IMG/VR virus record: IMGVR_UViG_3300033049_000041
Location: 21,232 to 85,231 of that record
DNA from: a virus
Direction: 5' to 3' (one strand)
DNA: 64,000 nt
How positions within the stretch are numbered: the first letter of the stretch is position 1; the number at the start of each line of letters is the position of its first letter. This document shows positions 35,182-45,168 of the stretch, in pieces. A program made the position numbers and the translations under genes. The notes under the pieces are model-generated. The model searched no databases, was not told the origin of the DNA, and worked only from the letters and a program-made list of their open reading frames with translations.

Positions 35182-36237
35182 CTAAAATATAAAATCATTC
35201 AATAAATCATCGTCATCTTCACCAATGAAGGTTGGGATTATGATTTCTTTTTCTACGTCCTTATCAGGACTCCACAAAACTATAGCTTCTTCATCTAAAA
35301 TAGATGTAATCTGACTATTAGCCTTTTTCTTCTTTATAGTTGTAGTCGTACCTGAACCTGTTGTATTCATTAGTTCTTTATACTCCTTAAAGCTAAGGAA
35401 CTTATGATTTGGTATCTCACCATCATGGTCTATACTATCCGCAACTAAAACATCTAATCTTTTCTGATTAATCTTTTTCCTCTGGCTAGGTGTTAGAGGA
35501 TTTATTCCAGTAATATTCACTAACTCATCATACTCTTCAGCACTAATGATACCAGTATTATCTTTACGGTATTTACCCTTAACTCTGTCGTCAACTAAGG
35601 CATCTATTCGTTTCTGAACAGGTGTACGAGATTTACCACTAGAGCCAAACTGACTATAGTGTGCAAGTACATCACTATTCTTAGGTACATGATTAATCTG
35701 TTCACGTAAGCTACTAGGAGTAAAAATCTTAGATTTTAATTTCTTAGAAGTATTAGCCGTAGCATCAAATAACTGGATGTCATCATATGTATGATTAATT
35801 TCCCATGCCATTACCTTAGTATTATCAGGTCTACTAGTGACTGGTCTATACTGCATACCATCAAATAACAAGTATCTGTAAGAAGGTTTATACACAGTCT
35901 CAGTATATAAAGTATAGAATCCTAAACTATCTAAATGCATAGCTAGTTTTTCCCTTGTAGCTTTCTTTACTCTATCTATACTTAAATAAAACTTCCTAGG
36001 TAAATCAATCTTATCCTTCAATTTATCTTTAGTAATATAGACAAACTGTGGATTGATTCTAGTACTCGTATAACTCCTAAAATTACTATCATCAAATGCA
36101 TGCTTAGGTCTTGATGGAACCATACCAGCGCCCTTAAGAACTTCTACTAGATAATCTTTATGACTAATCTTCTTCACCACTTCTACCGAGACTTTACCAT
36201 TATACAGGTAAAATCTATCTCTCTCCTTTATTGTCAT
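35182..36237 (-). CDS. hypothetical protein with a short internal repeat
   Basis: 351 aa; QKRIDALV..EEYDELVNITG recurs as QKRLDVLV..KEYKELMNTTG. Confidence 0.75.
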   Translation of the reverse strand: MTIKERDRFYLYNGKVSVEVVKKISHKDYLVEVLKGAGMVPSRPKHAFDDSNFRSYTSTRINPQFVYITKDKLKDKIDLPRKFYLSIDRVKKATREKLAMHLDSLGFYTLYTETVYKPSYRYLLFDGMQYRPVTSRPDNTKVMAWEINHTYDDIQLFDATANTSKKLKSKIFTPSSLREQINHVPKNSDVLAHYSQFGSSGKSRTPVQKRIDALVDDRVKGKYRKDNTGIISAEEYDELVNITGINPLTPSQRKKINQKRLDVLVADSIDHDGEIPNHKFLSFKEYKELMNTTGSGTTTTIKKKKANSQITSILDEEAIVLWSPDKDVEKEIIIPTFIGEDDDDLLNDFIF

Positions 36238-36473
36238 TATGTTTCTAATTTAAACGTACTGAACGTAGTAAGGTCAAAAATACGCTTCTTAGTATTTAGA
36301 CATTTGTAATATGCTTCCCATACTGCAATTGACGTATCTTTATCTAATCCTGTTGTATAACTATGTTCCTTAGATATTTCAAATACTAACGTTACAATGC
36401 CTTCTGTATTAGCTGCTAATCTAACTCTAGTAGGCATTAGGATGTCATACCTACTTACTTTTATTGGAATCAT
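36237..36473 (-). CDS. hypothetical protein
   Basis: 78-aa ORF. Confidence 0.6.
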   Translation of the reverse strand: MIPIKVSRYDILMPTRVRLAANTEGIVTLVFEISKEHSYTTGLDKDTSIAVWEAYYKCLNTKKRIFDLTTFSTFKLET

Positions 36474-36714
36474 TTGCTGCTTTCTTAGGTGTTTGTAACT
36501 TTTCTATTTTTTCTTCTAAACTACTAACTAAATCCTTTAAATCTAATAGTTCACGTCTAGCATTAGTAAGGTTACGCAACATCTCGTTCTTGGCTACGAA
36601 TAGGTCTACTATCTGTGCTTCTGCAGCATCCAAGGCATATATACCTTTTAATAGTACTTTGCTCTTAGAACGTCGTTCAGTTGACGGAAATAACTCTTTA
36701 CTCTTAAGTTCCAT
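36451..36714 (-). CDS. coiled-coil protein
   Basis: 87-aa ORF. Confidence 0.65.
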   Translation of the reverse strand: MELKSKELFPSTERRSKSKVLLKGIYALDAAEAQIVDLFVAKNEMLRNLTNARRELLDLKDLVSSLEEKIEKLQTPKKAANDSNKSK

Positions 36715-36757
36715 ATCAAGTATTTAACTTAGGTTATGTACTCTCTTTCTTTTATTA

Positions 36758-36808
36758 GAACTCCTGCATAGAATCGAACTATACATACCTCCAACAGGTA
36801 GAAGTTTC
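36758..36808 (-). ncRNA. mini tRNA-like element (acceptor, one hairpin, T arm)
   Basis: AACTTCT/AGGAGTT, TACCT-GTTGG-AGGTA, GTATAGTTCGATTCTATGC. Confidence 0.5.
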
Positions 36809-36823
36809 AGATGTGTAACAAAA

Positions 36824-37672
36824 TTACTCATCACTCTGCTCAAGATAATCGTTTGGGTTGATTTTTCTTGAATATATCTTTTTATCAGGAATCTCTCTCT
36901 TAGGTCTTACAGACTTATGAATAGATTTATCCTTATTGTCGTTTGCTCGTTTGTAATATTTAAGTCTAAGCTCTATACGCCTAGTAAATATTAAATAGTA
37001 GTCAGAGTACTTAGTACTCGGTATACGTTCCTTTTTAAATAGTATCTTACCTGTATCATGGTAAGTTGTACTAAGTTTAGTAATAGCAGGAAATTGCTCT
37101 ACATACTCTAAAGGTAATCTAATTAGGGGAAATGGTGGTCTGCATATAAGTTGTGATGGTATACGTCTTACTATATTTAAACATTGTCTAGTGGTTGTTA
37201 CATAGAATTCTAAGAAATGATTGATGATTTTGTATTCCTTAGCTTTAAAGTGGTCAATCCACAACATACTTCTTTCAAAGGTATTAATAAACAATGATGC
37301 TTCATCAAAAGTATCATCATATATATGCTGCTCATATGGTGCTATCGCTTTATCCCAAGTTAAATAGGATATTACTCTAGAGATAGAACCAAATAACGGC
37401 TTACTTTCTAAATGATTGTCATACTCAGTCCAATCCTCAGTCTCAATTGACTGAGTTTTTAGTACTTTCCTTAACTTATAGTATTCTTTATAACTTTGAG
37501 CATTATATTCCATAGTTCTAAAAGCTACAGTAACAATCTCATCTCTAGTTAACTTAAAATATCTCAGTAACTCTCTAGCCATAACAAAATTACGGCTATC
37601 TAAGTTAACTATCAACACAAATATATTCTCAATAGAGCTGCGCCTCTCCGTATCTACTTCCTGCATCGTCAT
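36824..37672 (-). CDS. hypothetical protein
   Basis: 282-aa ORF. Confidence 0.75.
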   Translation of the reverse strand: MTMQEVDTERRSSIENIFVLIVNLDSRNFVMARELLRYFKLTRDEIVTVAFRTMEYNAQSYKEYYKLRKVLKTQSIETEDWTEYDNHLESKPLFGSISRVISYLTWDKAIAPYEQHIYDDTFDEASLFINTFERSMLWIDHFKAKEYKIINHFLEFYVTTTRQCLNIVRRIPSQLICRPPFPLIRLPLEYVEQFPAITKLSTTYHDTGKILFKKERIPSTKYSDYYLIFTRRIELRLKYYKRANDNKDKSIHKSVRPKREIPDKKIYSRKINPNDYLEQSDE

Positions 37673-37967
37673 TGGTCTCGGATTTTAAAGTTTCATTAAA
37701 CCATCTATGCTTTACTCTTTTAAATTCTACTCTCTGTACTTGTCTACCAGTCCTATTGAAAATATCTTGTATTAGATAATTCCTTAGTAACATCATGTAA
37801 GTTAATCTCAATTCAGCTATATCATTATGTTCGAATACGATTGGTCCATCTCCAAATAAACTAATATTTGACCAGTTATTAATCGTACCATCTCTTAAAT
37901 ATAATTTAGCTTCTACTTTTAATTCTACAGTAGGCATTGCACTCCTCGGTGTCATTGTATCTTCCAC
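37629..37967 (-). CDS. hypothetical protein
   Basis: 112-aa ORF. Confidence 0.65.
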   Translation of the reverse strand: MEDTMTPRSAMPTVELKVEAKLYLRDGTINNWSNISLFGDGPIVFEHNDIAELRLTYMMLLRNYLIQDIFNRTGRQVQRVEFKRVKHRWFNETLKSETNDDAGSRYGEAQLY

Positions 37968-38064
37968 TTCTCTTTCAGTAACTTAGTTTCCTTATTAAAA
38001 AAAGAAAGTAGGTAGCTCGCTACCTACTAACTTTACTCTATTATACGCTATTCTCAATTCTTAA

Positions 38065-38703
38065 TTATTCGCTCTTCATACTTTTTAATAAATCAGCAAT
38101 GGATTCACCATGCTTACTTAAAAAGTCTTTTGTAGATTCTGTAACGGCATCTAGTACTTTTCTTTTAAAGATAAGTCTAAACAGGCTTTGCTCTAAGGTA
38201 CTAGAATCGTCATCGTCATTTGTAACCAAATTTGCGATATTAAATAACTTTTCTTCTTCTTCTCCTAATATTGTAGTAGGGTCATCTGTAATTAAGTCAT
38301 TAAACTCAGCATGTTCAGTAGCGACTATTCGCATACCTAACTCATGAACTATAACAATTACATCTGTACCAACACCTTGCATCAAAGCCAACATAGTAGT
38401 TTCACTAATCAAGTCTTCATTACCAATCATAATACAAGTGAAATTCTTATCACTTAGTTTTTTGTTGGTTCTTTCACACTTTGTTGCTTCAATTATCAAT
38501 CCTACAATATCTATCTTAAAAATAGATACAGAGTAATCAGAGTTATTAAGTACTTTTTGATGTTCTATTAGTCCTGCATAAAGTACTGATATTGGACTAT
38601 TTATCTTAGGTATTTCTTGATAGTTATCTTTTGTGAATGCAAAGTCATTTGCATTATAACCTTTTCGTGCAAATGATTTAAATGAATTTATTGTCTCTAT
38701 CAT
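38065..38703 (-). CDS. hypothetical protein, paralog of 38744..39361
   Basis: Shared GN...ISET/VPET.L..M pattern. Confidence 0.7.
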   Translation of the reverse strand: MIETINSFKSFARKGYNANDFAFTKDNYQEIPKINSPISVLYAGLIEHQKVLNNSDYSVSIFKIDIVGLIIEATKCERTNKKLSDKNFTCIMIGNEDLISETTMLALMQGVGTDVIVIVHELGMRIVATEHAEFNDLITDDPTTILGEEEEKLFNIANLVTNDDDDSSTLEQSLFRLIFKRKVLDAVTESTKDFLSKHGESIADLLKSMKSE

Positions 38704-38743
38704 GGTTCTATTTATCTAAAAGTAATGTTTTTAAAGTAATAAA

Positions 38744-39361
38744 TTAGTTAACCTCTGGATTATCCATAAACTCTGCTCTATCCTTTTTACAAGAAGCACA
38801 AGAACATGGACTGCTATCTCTAGCTTCTAATGTTTTAGTGATATAGGTTTTAGAAGCAATTACTGCTACCTTACCCTCAGAATTAAACAGTATGCATACA
38901 GAAGGCTCAAACGCATCTAACATACCTGACAGTACAGTCTCAGGTACATCTGAGATATTACCTTCAAATAATACATGCAAGGCTCTAAAGTTAACATGCT
39001 TGATTATATCCAATTGCTCAGAATTATCTGGTATACTACGATCTATAGCAGAAATTAATGAAAGTCCTTCAATGAACGCAGTTATGTTAAACCGCATTAT
39101 GAAATCTCTATTCGAATGCTCAAAATGATGTGTTAGAGCAGATAACATCATTCTTGATGCTGGATCTTTTGCAGTTCCATATAACTCTTTAGGTGTAAAG
39201 AACGATATATTGTCTTTATTAGTAAAAGCTTGTATAGGTAATGCAAAGGCAGTAGGATTAGCTTCTATTTTCTCGTGAAAAGATTTTAAGAACTCTTCAC
39301 TACTTCCTCCAACAGAAATAGTTTCTACAGAAATAGTTGTCTTAGTCTTGTCGTTAAGCAT
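38744..39361 (-). CDS. hypothetical protein
   Basis: 205-aa ORF, C-terminal CSCASC. Confidence 0.7.
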   Translation of the reverse strand: MLNDKTKTTISVETISVGGSSEEFLKSFHEKIEANPTAFALPIQAFTNKDNISFFTPKELYGTAKDPASRMMLSALTHHFEHSNRDFIMRFNITAFIEGLSLISAIDRSIPDNSEQLDIIKHVNFRALHVLFEGNISDVPETVLSGMLDAFEPSVCILFNSEGKVAVIASKTYITKTLEARDSSPCSCASCKKDRAEFMDNPEVN

Positions 39362-39372
39362 GTGTTAGTAAG

Positions 39373-40104
39373 TTATTTTTTAGTAATTACGAAAATGGTG
39401 TTATTATTATTATCAGCAGTTCTAGACCGCATAAAGTCTCCTTTGTGTCTAATGACCTTATAATCAGGGTCATTCACTATTCTAAATAATCCATGAATAG
39501 TCTCAGTACCATACAGTATGATTCTAGTCACAGTAGTTCTGTTTAGAATCTTATAGAAATCAAAGCCATACATGTTACTACCAATCTCCTCCTCCTCATC
39601 TCCTTTACGATATATCTGAGTACACCATGAACCTACTATTGTAGTTGGCTTATACTTAGCAATCGCTTGGATTACTTCTAGTGTTTGAATATCACTAGGA
39701 TACCTGATTACAGGTTGTCCAGATATTGCATACATAGCTCTCATTTCAGGTGTCTCTTGTAACCGACTATCAGTCACAGGGATACCTAATGCTCTACCCA
39801 GTGTACCTAGTCCTGAACCAACTGCAATTACATTCTGCGTACCTTCACTAAAGAACTGTACGTTTATGTAATCTATTAGCTCATCGGTAATAATGCCATA
39901 AATACCTTTCTTGTGACAGTATAGACGAATCTTGTCTTTATCTATAGCATCTACTGTTTCTACTGGCACAGGTACAACTAAGCCTTTGAACATGAAAACT
40001 TTATTAAATGAAGCCATCTCTTTATTAGAAATATCATGTACATGTACTGAATGTGGTAAATTATTAAAAGTATATGCTTGAGCTATTAGTTCTTCCAAGT
40101 CCAT
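39373..40104 (-). CDS. possible SAM-dependent methyltransferase-fold protein
   Basis: VIAVGSGLGTLGRAL..TDS resembles motif I and post-I. Confidence 0.55.
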   Translation of the reverse strand: MDLEELIAQAYTFNNLPHSVHVHDISNKEMASFNKVFMFKGLVVPVPVETVDAIDKDKIRLYCHKKGIYGIITDELIDYINVQFFSEGTQNVIAVGSGLGTLGRALGIPVTDSRLQETPEMRAMYAISGQPVIRYPSDIQTLEVIQAIAKYKPTTIVGSWCTQIYRKGDEEEEIGSNMYGFDFYKILNRTTVTRIILYGTETIHGLFRIVNDPDYKVIRHKGDFMRSRTADNNNNTIFVITKK

Positions 40105-40150
40105 TAATAGTTTTTTAGTTAGTAATTAATAATTAGTAATTTATTAAAAT

Positions 40151-40492
40151 TTATACAGCAGCCGATGTAATAGTAATCTCAACTGTAGTAGCATCTGAGC
40201 CATCAGGTTGCATCATACTAGCATATTTAAATGCAGTTGAAGTATGTGTACGTTCAGTTCCTACTACTGTAGTAACGTAAGCATCATCTGTAACAATAAG
40301 TCTAAAATCAACTAGTTCTTGAGCCATGAGTCCTTTGACCATAGCTAAGTCCATAGTAGTAATTTTAGTAATTTCTATAAGTGCGTCTGCTCTACTGATT
40401 ATTGTATAATCAATTGCAGTAGTATTAAAAGTTGAGTCTATCCAAACACCTGTAAGTTCGGCTGAATGACTTCTATAACCTAATGTATACAT
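40151..40492 (-). CDS. hypothetical protein
   Basis: 113-aa Thr-rich ORF. Confidence 0.65.
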   Translation of the reverse strand: MYTLGYRSHSAELTGVWIDSTFNTTAIDYTIISRADALIEITKITTMDLAMVKGLMAQELVDFRLIVTDDAYVTTVVGTERTHTSTAFKYASMMQPDGSDATTVEITITSAAV

Positions 40493-40624
40493 TGTAAAGT
40501 AGTTATAGTAAAGTAGTAGTAATGATTAATTACTGTCTTTATTTTTTATTTAGAGTTGGGAAATATAAAACAATGTTGTCTTATATCTCCCCTCGTTAAC
40601 CCTAAAATACATTTCAAATTAGTT

Positions 40625-40695
40625 TTCCAATTTGCGGTCAGTACCCCTACTAACCTTAAGCATCGTATAGACCTAAACCTTTCAGCCAATTGGAA
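40625..40695 (-). ncRNA. unknown structured motif, copy 1
   Basis: Shares GGCTGA, AGGTTTAGGTC-TWTAC-GAYGCTYAAGG and CCGCAAATT with 43241..43322, with covarying stems. Confidence 0.7.
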
Positions 40696-40696
40696 T

Positions 40697-40728
40697 AAAA
40701 CCACCAACAATCCGAAGACTATTGGTGG
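40697..40728 (-). terminator. intrinsic terminator
   Basis: CCACCAATAGTC-TTCG-GATTGTTGGTGG plus TTTT. Confidence 0.75.
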
Positions 40729-40754
40729 AAAGAATATATAAAAATGAAGAAGTT

Positions 40755-41309
40755 TTATCGAAATTCTAATGGTGCAGTATCCGAATGGAAATCACCATTA
40801 TAATGCAGTGCGGGTAAACCTCCTACAAAAGTAAAATTAGTAGTATCTGATATATCATTACAAGTTGGACATGTAGTAATATAGACAGTGTATAAAATTA
40901 ATGCATCTGCAGGTATATTCGGAAAATACGCTAGTTTATATAGATCTGACTGGTATCTTCCTTGACTGTTTACTGGACCAGTCCATGCCCAATCTGGATT
41001 CTTTATTACATTAATTGTGTTCCCATAATCTTCCAAATAAGATTGAGGATTAATAGATGTATCAGGATACACTTCAGCTTTAATGAAATGATGATGTCCT
41101 GGAGTATAAATATTATCCATGGTTACTTGTTCCCAATTGAATTGAAAGTATCCGCCTTCATTATCAAAAGTTGAAGAAATAGTTCCAGATACACTTGGGT
41201 TACTTGGAGTAATGTTAATACTCTCGTCCTGTTGGCAGCTCACAAACATACATATAATAACTAACAATGTTAGCATACTTAATAGTCGTGGCAAAGGTAA
41301 ATTTTTCAT
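40755..41309 (-). CDS. lipoprotein
   Basis: Signal peptide with FVSC lipobox followed by QQDE. Confidence 0.75.
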   Translation of the reverse strand: MKNLPLPRLLSMLTLLVIICMFVSCQQDESINITPSNPSVSGTISSTFDNEGGYFQFNWEQVTMDNIYTPGHHHFIKAEVYPDTSINPQSYLEDYGNTINVIKNPDWAWTGPVNSQGRYQSDLYKLAYFPNIPADALILYTVYITTCPTCNDISDTTNFTFVGGLPALHYNGDFHSDTAPLEFR

Positions 41310-41435
41310 AATAATAGATTTAAAATAATGAGAAATTAAAATGGATTTGTTTTTTAGCTTAGTTTTCTTTCTTTTTATAGTTGTCTCCTAGAGGTGATAC
41401 TATGTATACTACCCCTAATATAACAAATATAATTG

Positions 41436-41756
41436 CTAATGTTTGCATAATTTGTTAAATTCTGCAATGAACTGTCTTATTAACTTACGTAATTGAGCGA
41501 CATCGTTCATATCAGAATACAATTGAGTGTATTCTTTACGAGAACGATTAGTGCGCTTTGTATCAATTGTTCCACGTAGTTCTATTATTGCTGTATTCAG
41601 CCGTCTAGCTATTTTATTCAACCAAGCTGCTTTATTGTTATAAATCAACTTATTGATAGCTTCTTCAGGCAAATTTTCCAGATACACAATTTTTCCGTCG
41701 TGCATCATTCTTATGTTAGTATTAGGCTTAGTCTCAGTCTTAGTAATGTTGTCCAA
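41436..41756 (-). CDS. hypothetical protein
   Basis: 106-aa ORF. Confidence 0.65.
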   Translation of the reverse strand: MDNITKTETKPNTNIRMMHDGKIVYLENLPEEAINKLIYNNKAAWLNKIARRLNTAIIELRGTIDTKRTNRSRKEYTQLYSDMNDVAQLRKLIRQFIAEFNKLCKH

Positions 41757-41766
41757 AATTCAGTAT

Positions 41767-42012
41767 TTATAATGTTAGATAATTACAAGGTCTAAGCTTC
41801 TGACTTACTTCTATAGTGTCAGCGTCTTGTACTTGATACTTTATGTCTAATAATTCATCACAATCATCGAAGCGATCATCTCCGTAACTGCGAATGAATG
41901 TAGTTATTTTCTTTGTTTTACTTTTCTCTTCAGCTACGATTGTAATCATATGCATTAAGAATAGTACTAAAGCTAATATAATTGTATACTTTATTACAGT
42001 ATTGTAATTCAT
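41767..42012 (-). CDS. membrane-anchored protein
   Basis: N-terminal hydrophobic segment. Confidence 0.65.
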   Translation of the reverse strand: MNYNTVIKYTIILALVLFLMHMITIVAEEKSKTKKITTFIRSYGDDRFDDCDELLDIKYQVQDADTIEVSQKLRPCNYLTL

Positions 42013-42163
42013 TATTGATATTGAGTGTTTAAAAAGCCCATCCTCCTATCACAGAGGATGAGCCTACCTAATTAAAGTAAGTCTTCTAACCTATAAAAAA
42101 CTATGGCACTACGGGTACTAAGCGTAGTGATATAATTTTCATTTATAGTTAGTACCTAGAAGA

Positions 42164-43207
42164 CTATGCTATTGCAGTAGGTATGTAGTCAGGGTAGCAA
42201 TTTTCACAATCTGCTGGATTGAATATAATCCAGTAGTAATAGTATGCACATTCAGGGTCTAGTTCACACTCATAGCATCTGTTATTAATGCTATTAGTAC
42301 TGTTATCTATACCGCAGTTCATGTATGGGAACAATTTACTAAAGAATCCATTGCCTTTACCTCTAGTTTTAGGTAAATACACTGCTTTTCTTTTAATTTT
42401 GTTCGCTTTTTTCTTTTTTGCAACGGTTTCTTTACCAAAACCATATTTTCCATCACCATTTATATCTTTACGATGATGGCGAGCATAGTTTAAGCTACTT
42501 CTATAGCAATTCTTATGTACTTCAAACAAATCATGGTCTGTTCTTTTGTGTTTCAGCATCAATTCTTTCTGTACTTCAGCAAATTCAATGACTTCATCGT
42601 AAGTAGTTAAGCTACTACAGTCACATTGACCTATTAACTTGGTTAAAACGATTGTTTCTACTTGAGTTACAGTGTCTTTCACTACTACATTGATATAAAC
42701 AGTGTCTACAGTACTAATTACTACTGTATCTACTACAGTAATACAGTCATTTCTAGTAATCATATCATCGTAAGTATTACTAAACGTACCCGTACCATTA
42801 ACCATGTCACATGGACATAAATCAATAGACTCATCAGAACCTACAGACTCTGGTGCAAAGTTACCTAATATTGCCTCTTTAAGTCCATCTGGAAAACTTC
42901 TTGTAATAAATACATCTGACTGGTGACAGTCATAGTAACAGTAGTTAACAATTTGTTGGTTATTGAAACCATTATCCGAATAACTGTAATATTCAACAGG
43001 ATAGTTATTAGCTATACAATGTTGTACTACAAGTGAACGGAACTCTGTCATACCAATACTACCATCATTAGGTAGTTCATACTCAGACATAATCGACTCG
43101 TACAAGTATGTTGTACCATTATCTGATGATAATGTTTGACTGAATAAAACGACAGTCATTAATGCGAATGCAAAGGTTAATAAACCTTTTAATAGTAAAT
43201 GTTTCAT
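42164..43207 (-). CDS. secreted Cys-rich protein
   Basis: Signal peptide ending FSQ; many Cys; DTV repeats; DINGDG motif. Confidence 0.75.
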   Translation of the reverse strand: MKHLLLKGLLTFAFALMTVVLFSQTLSSDNGTTYLYESIMSEYELPNDGSIGMTEFRSLVVQHCIANNYPVEYYSYSDNGFNNQQIVNYCYYDCHQSDVFITRSFPDGLKEAILGNFAPESVGSDESIDLCPCDMVNGTGTFSNTYDDMITRNDCITVVDTVVISTVDTVYINVVVKDTVTQVETIVLTKLIGQCDCSSLTTYDEVIEFAEVQKELMLKHKRTDHDLFEVHKNCYRSSLNYARHHRKDINGDGKYGFGKETVAKKKKANKIKRKAVYLPKTRGKGNGFFSKLFPYMNCGIDNSTNSINNRCYECELDPECAYYYYWIIFNPADCENCYPDYIPTAIA

Positions 43208-43240
43208 AGTAATATATTATAGGTTAAAAATAAAATAATA

Positions 43241-43322
43241 AAATAATTTGCGGATTTAGTTAAAATCCTTGAGCGTCGTAAAGACCTAAACCTCAATGCA
43301 ATTGCATATCAGCCAATTATTT
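43241..43322 (-). ncRNA. unknown structured motif, copy 2
   Basis: Same core as 40625..40695; extra TGCAATTGCA insert. Confidence 0.7.
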
Positions 43323-43324
43323 AT

Positions 43325-43360
43325 AAAACGCAACGGTGGAGACAGACAAACCACCGTTGC
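43325..43360 (-). terminator. intrinsic terminator
   Basis: GCAACGGTGG/CCACCGTTGC plus GTTTT. Confidence 0.75.
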
Positions 43361-43373
43361 AACCATTAAAAAA

Positions 43374-43973
43374 CTAAAACCCATAAACAAGGGTTAAAAC
43401 CCGATAAATATGACAAGTCTTATGTTTCTTATTTAATTTCTTTTTCTTTCTCATAGTAAATACCCATTTCTTTTTCTTCCTTCTCTTCTTACTAACGGGT
43501 TGTCCTAAACTGAAATCAATACCTAGTTTCTTACGAATCGTTGATTCTAATCTAACATAGGAATTACCATCCGTACTATACTCATGTTTTGTAACTAAGT
43601 CTTTATCTTTCATAGTTCCTTTATACACAACTATACCGAATGAATTATTCATAAAAGCACTTGAAATTGCCTCAATATCATACTCTAAAGCTAATCTATC
43701 ATAAACTTCTTTAAATATACTTGCAGCAACCTTTTTAGGTACAGGTACATATAAACTACTTCCGTAAGTGCAAGATGACTCTCCTCGCTTCTTCTTACCT
43801 TTTATACTCCCTTTGGGTAAAGGGAATTGAGTTATTAAATATTCATCTTGCATGAACATTATTTCATACCCAAAACAATCTCCTTTTCTTTGTATTTGAC
43901 CTCTAATTCTATCCACCAAATAATCTACCGAAGGTATAAAGGTTGGATGTACTTCAGTAAATATTTCATTCAT
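43374..43973 (-). CDS. hypothetical protein with basic tail
   Basis: 199-aa ORF. Confidence 0.7.
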   Translation of the reverse strand: MNEIFTEVHPTFIPSVDYLVDRIRGQIQRKGDCFGYEIMFMQDEYLITQFPLPKGSIKGKKKRGESSCTYGSSLYVPVPKKVAASIFKEVYDRLALEYDIEAISSAFMNNSFGIVVYKGTMKDKDLVTKHEYSTDGNSYVRLESTIRKKLGIDFSLGQPVSKKRRKKKKWVFTMRKKKKLNKKHKTCHIYRVLTLVYGF

Positions 43974-44040
43974 GTCACATACTTTAAAAAATCAGGATAC
44001 CACCTAAGCAGTACCCTGAATTCAATTATTAATTCAATAA

Positions 44041-44409
44041 TTATGAAAAAATTCTTCCCTCAAAAAAAGAACTATTATCCGTAACATGGTGAGCAGTAGT
44101 TAATTCCATACTAATAGGAATCCATCTATCTGTCCACATAAAGAATTGTTCAGTGTTTGTATTCTGAACAATATCTCCACGCATAAAACCTCTGCATGGT
44201 TTGTCACACCAAAAGTCATAAAGATTCTGACATGTAGTCTTAATCTCTAATAAACCCAACTTGGTGGTAATCTCGCCAACTTCATCCCATTCTTCTTCCG
44301 CTACACTAATAGCTTGGAGATTAGAATTACTGTTGTGCATCATTCCGACTGGTTTACTCGGATAGAATATCTTAAAAATAATAGGTGTACCTTGATTCAT
44401 TATGTGCAT
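44041..44409 (-). CDS. hypothetical protein
   Basis: 122-aa ORF. Confidence 0.65.
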   Translation of the reverse strand: MHIMNQGTPIIFKIFYPSKPVGMMHNSNSNLQAISVAEEEWDEVGEITTKLGLLEIKTTCQNLYDFWCDKPCRGFMRGDIVQNTNTEQFFMWTDRWIPISMELTTAHHVTDNSSFFEGRIFS

Positions 44410-44530
44410 ATGTTTTGTGTCAAAAAATAAAAGGTACAGCTTTACAAAGGGTTTACTACGTCCTTAAAGCTGTACCACAAACATTACTAACTGTTACCTA
44501 TCAGGCAACAAACTAACTAAAGACTAAAAC

Positions 44531-44992
44531 TTATCGCATTAACATGGCTAATGCTCTTTTGTTTCTTGGTGTTGGTATTGGATGTACTAAATTAGCTATA
44601 TCTGCAATAGAATAGCCAATCAGTGTTTTATTGTGTGTTAATAAAGATTTTGATGAAAAATTGTCAAATGCCTTTGCTAATCCTTGACGAATAGCACTAG
44701 GCAATTTCCTTGTACCTCTGACTGTTTCTAATATGATAATCATATTCTCAAGCATATATGGTTCGTTACAAATAATCGCAATTGTCTCTTTAACAGAGTA
44801 ATTGTGATGTTTATTTGTTAGTACAACTAACCATAAAGCTGATAAATAATAATTATGTACTTTCTTACAGGTTACTGCCAGTTCTAAAATCTTTGAGGGT
44901 TCAATACTATGCACCATAGACTCTATCTCATAAATGAGATTTGGACGGTCTTTGTTGGCACTTAAAACTAAAGATTCGAATTCGGAGTACAT
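44531..44992 (-). CDS. short TROVE-like protein (N-terminal helical part only)
   Basis: KLPSAIRQGLAKAFDNF...YSIADIANLVHPIP parallels NLPNSMLKGFRKGLES...VSLVDLINLTRPVP of the Ro60 gene. Confidence 0.72.
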   Translation of the reverse strand: MYSEFESLVLSANKDRPNLIYEIESMVHSIEPSKILELAVTCKKVHNYYLSALWLVVLTNKHHNYSVKETIAIICNEPYMLENMIIILETVRGTRKLPSAIRQGLAKAFDNFSSKSLLTHNKTLIGYSIADIANLVHPIPTPRNKRALAMLMR

Positions 44993-45168
44993 TGGTTCAT
45001 TTAACTGTGTAAAGATAAAAAGCAGATGCCTGTTATCCTTATTCTTATTGATATTAAAGATTATTAAAAAATTAGTTAATACCAACTAGGCATCTGCTGT
45101 ATTTTTTAAAAGATAGTCTTATAGGCAGTCTCCTAAGAGACTACCTGAATTTAAAGACACAACTACAG

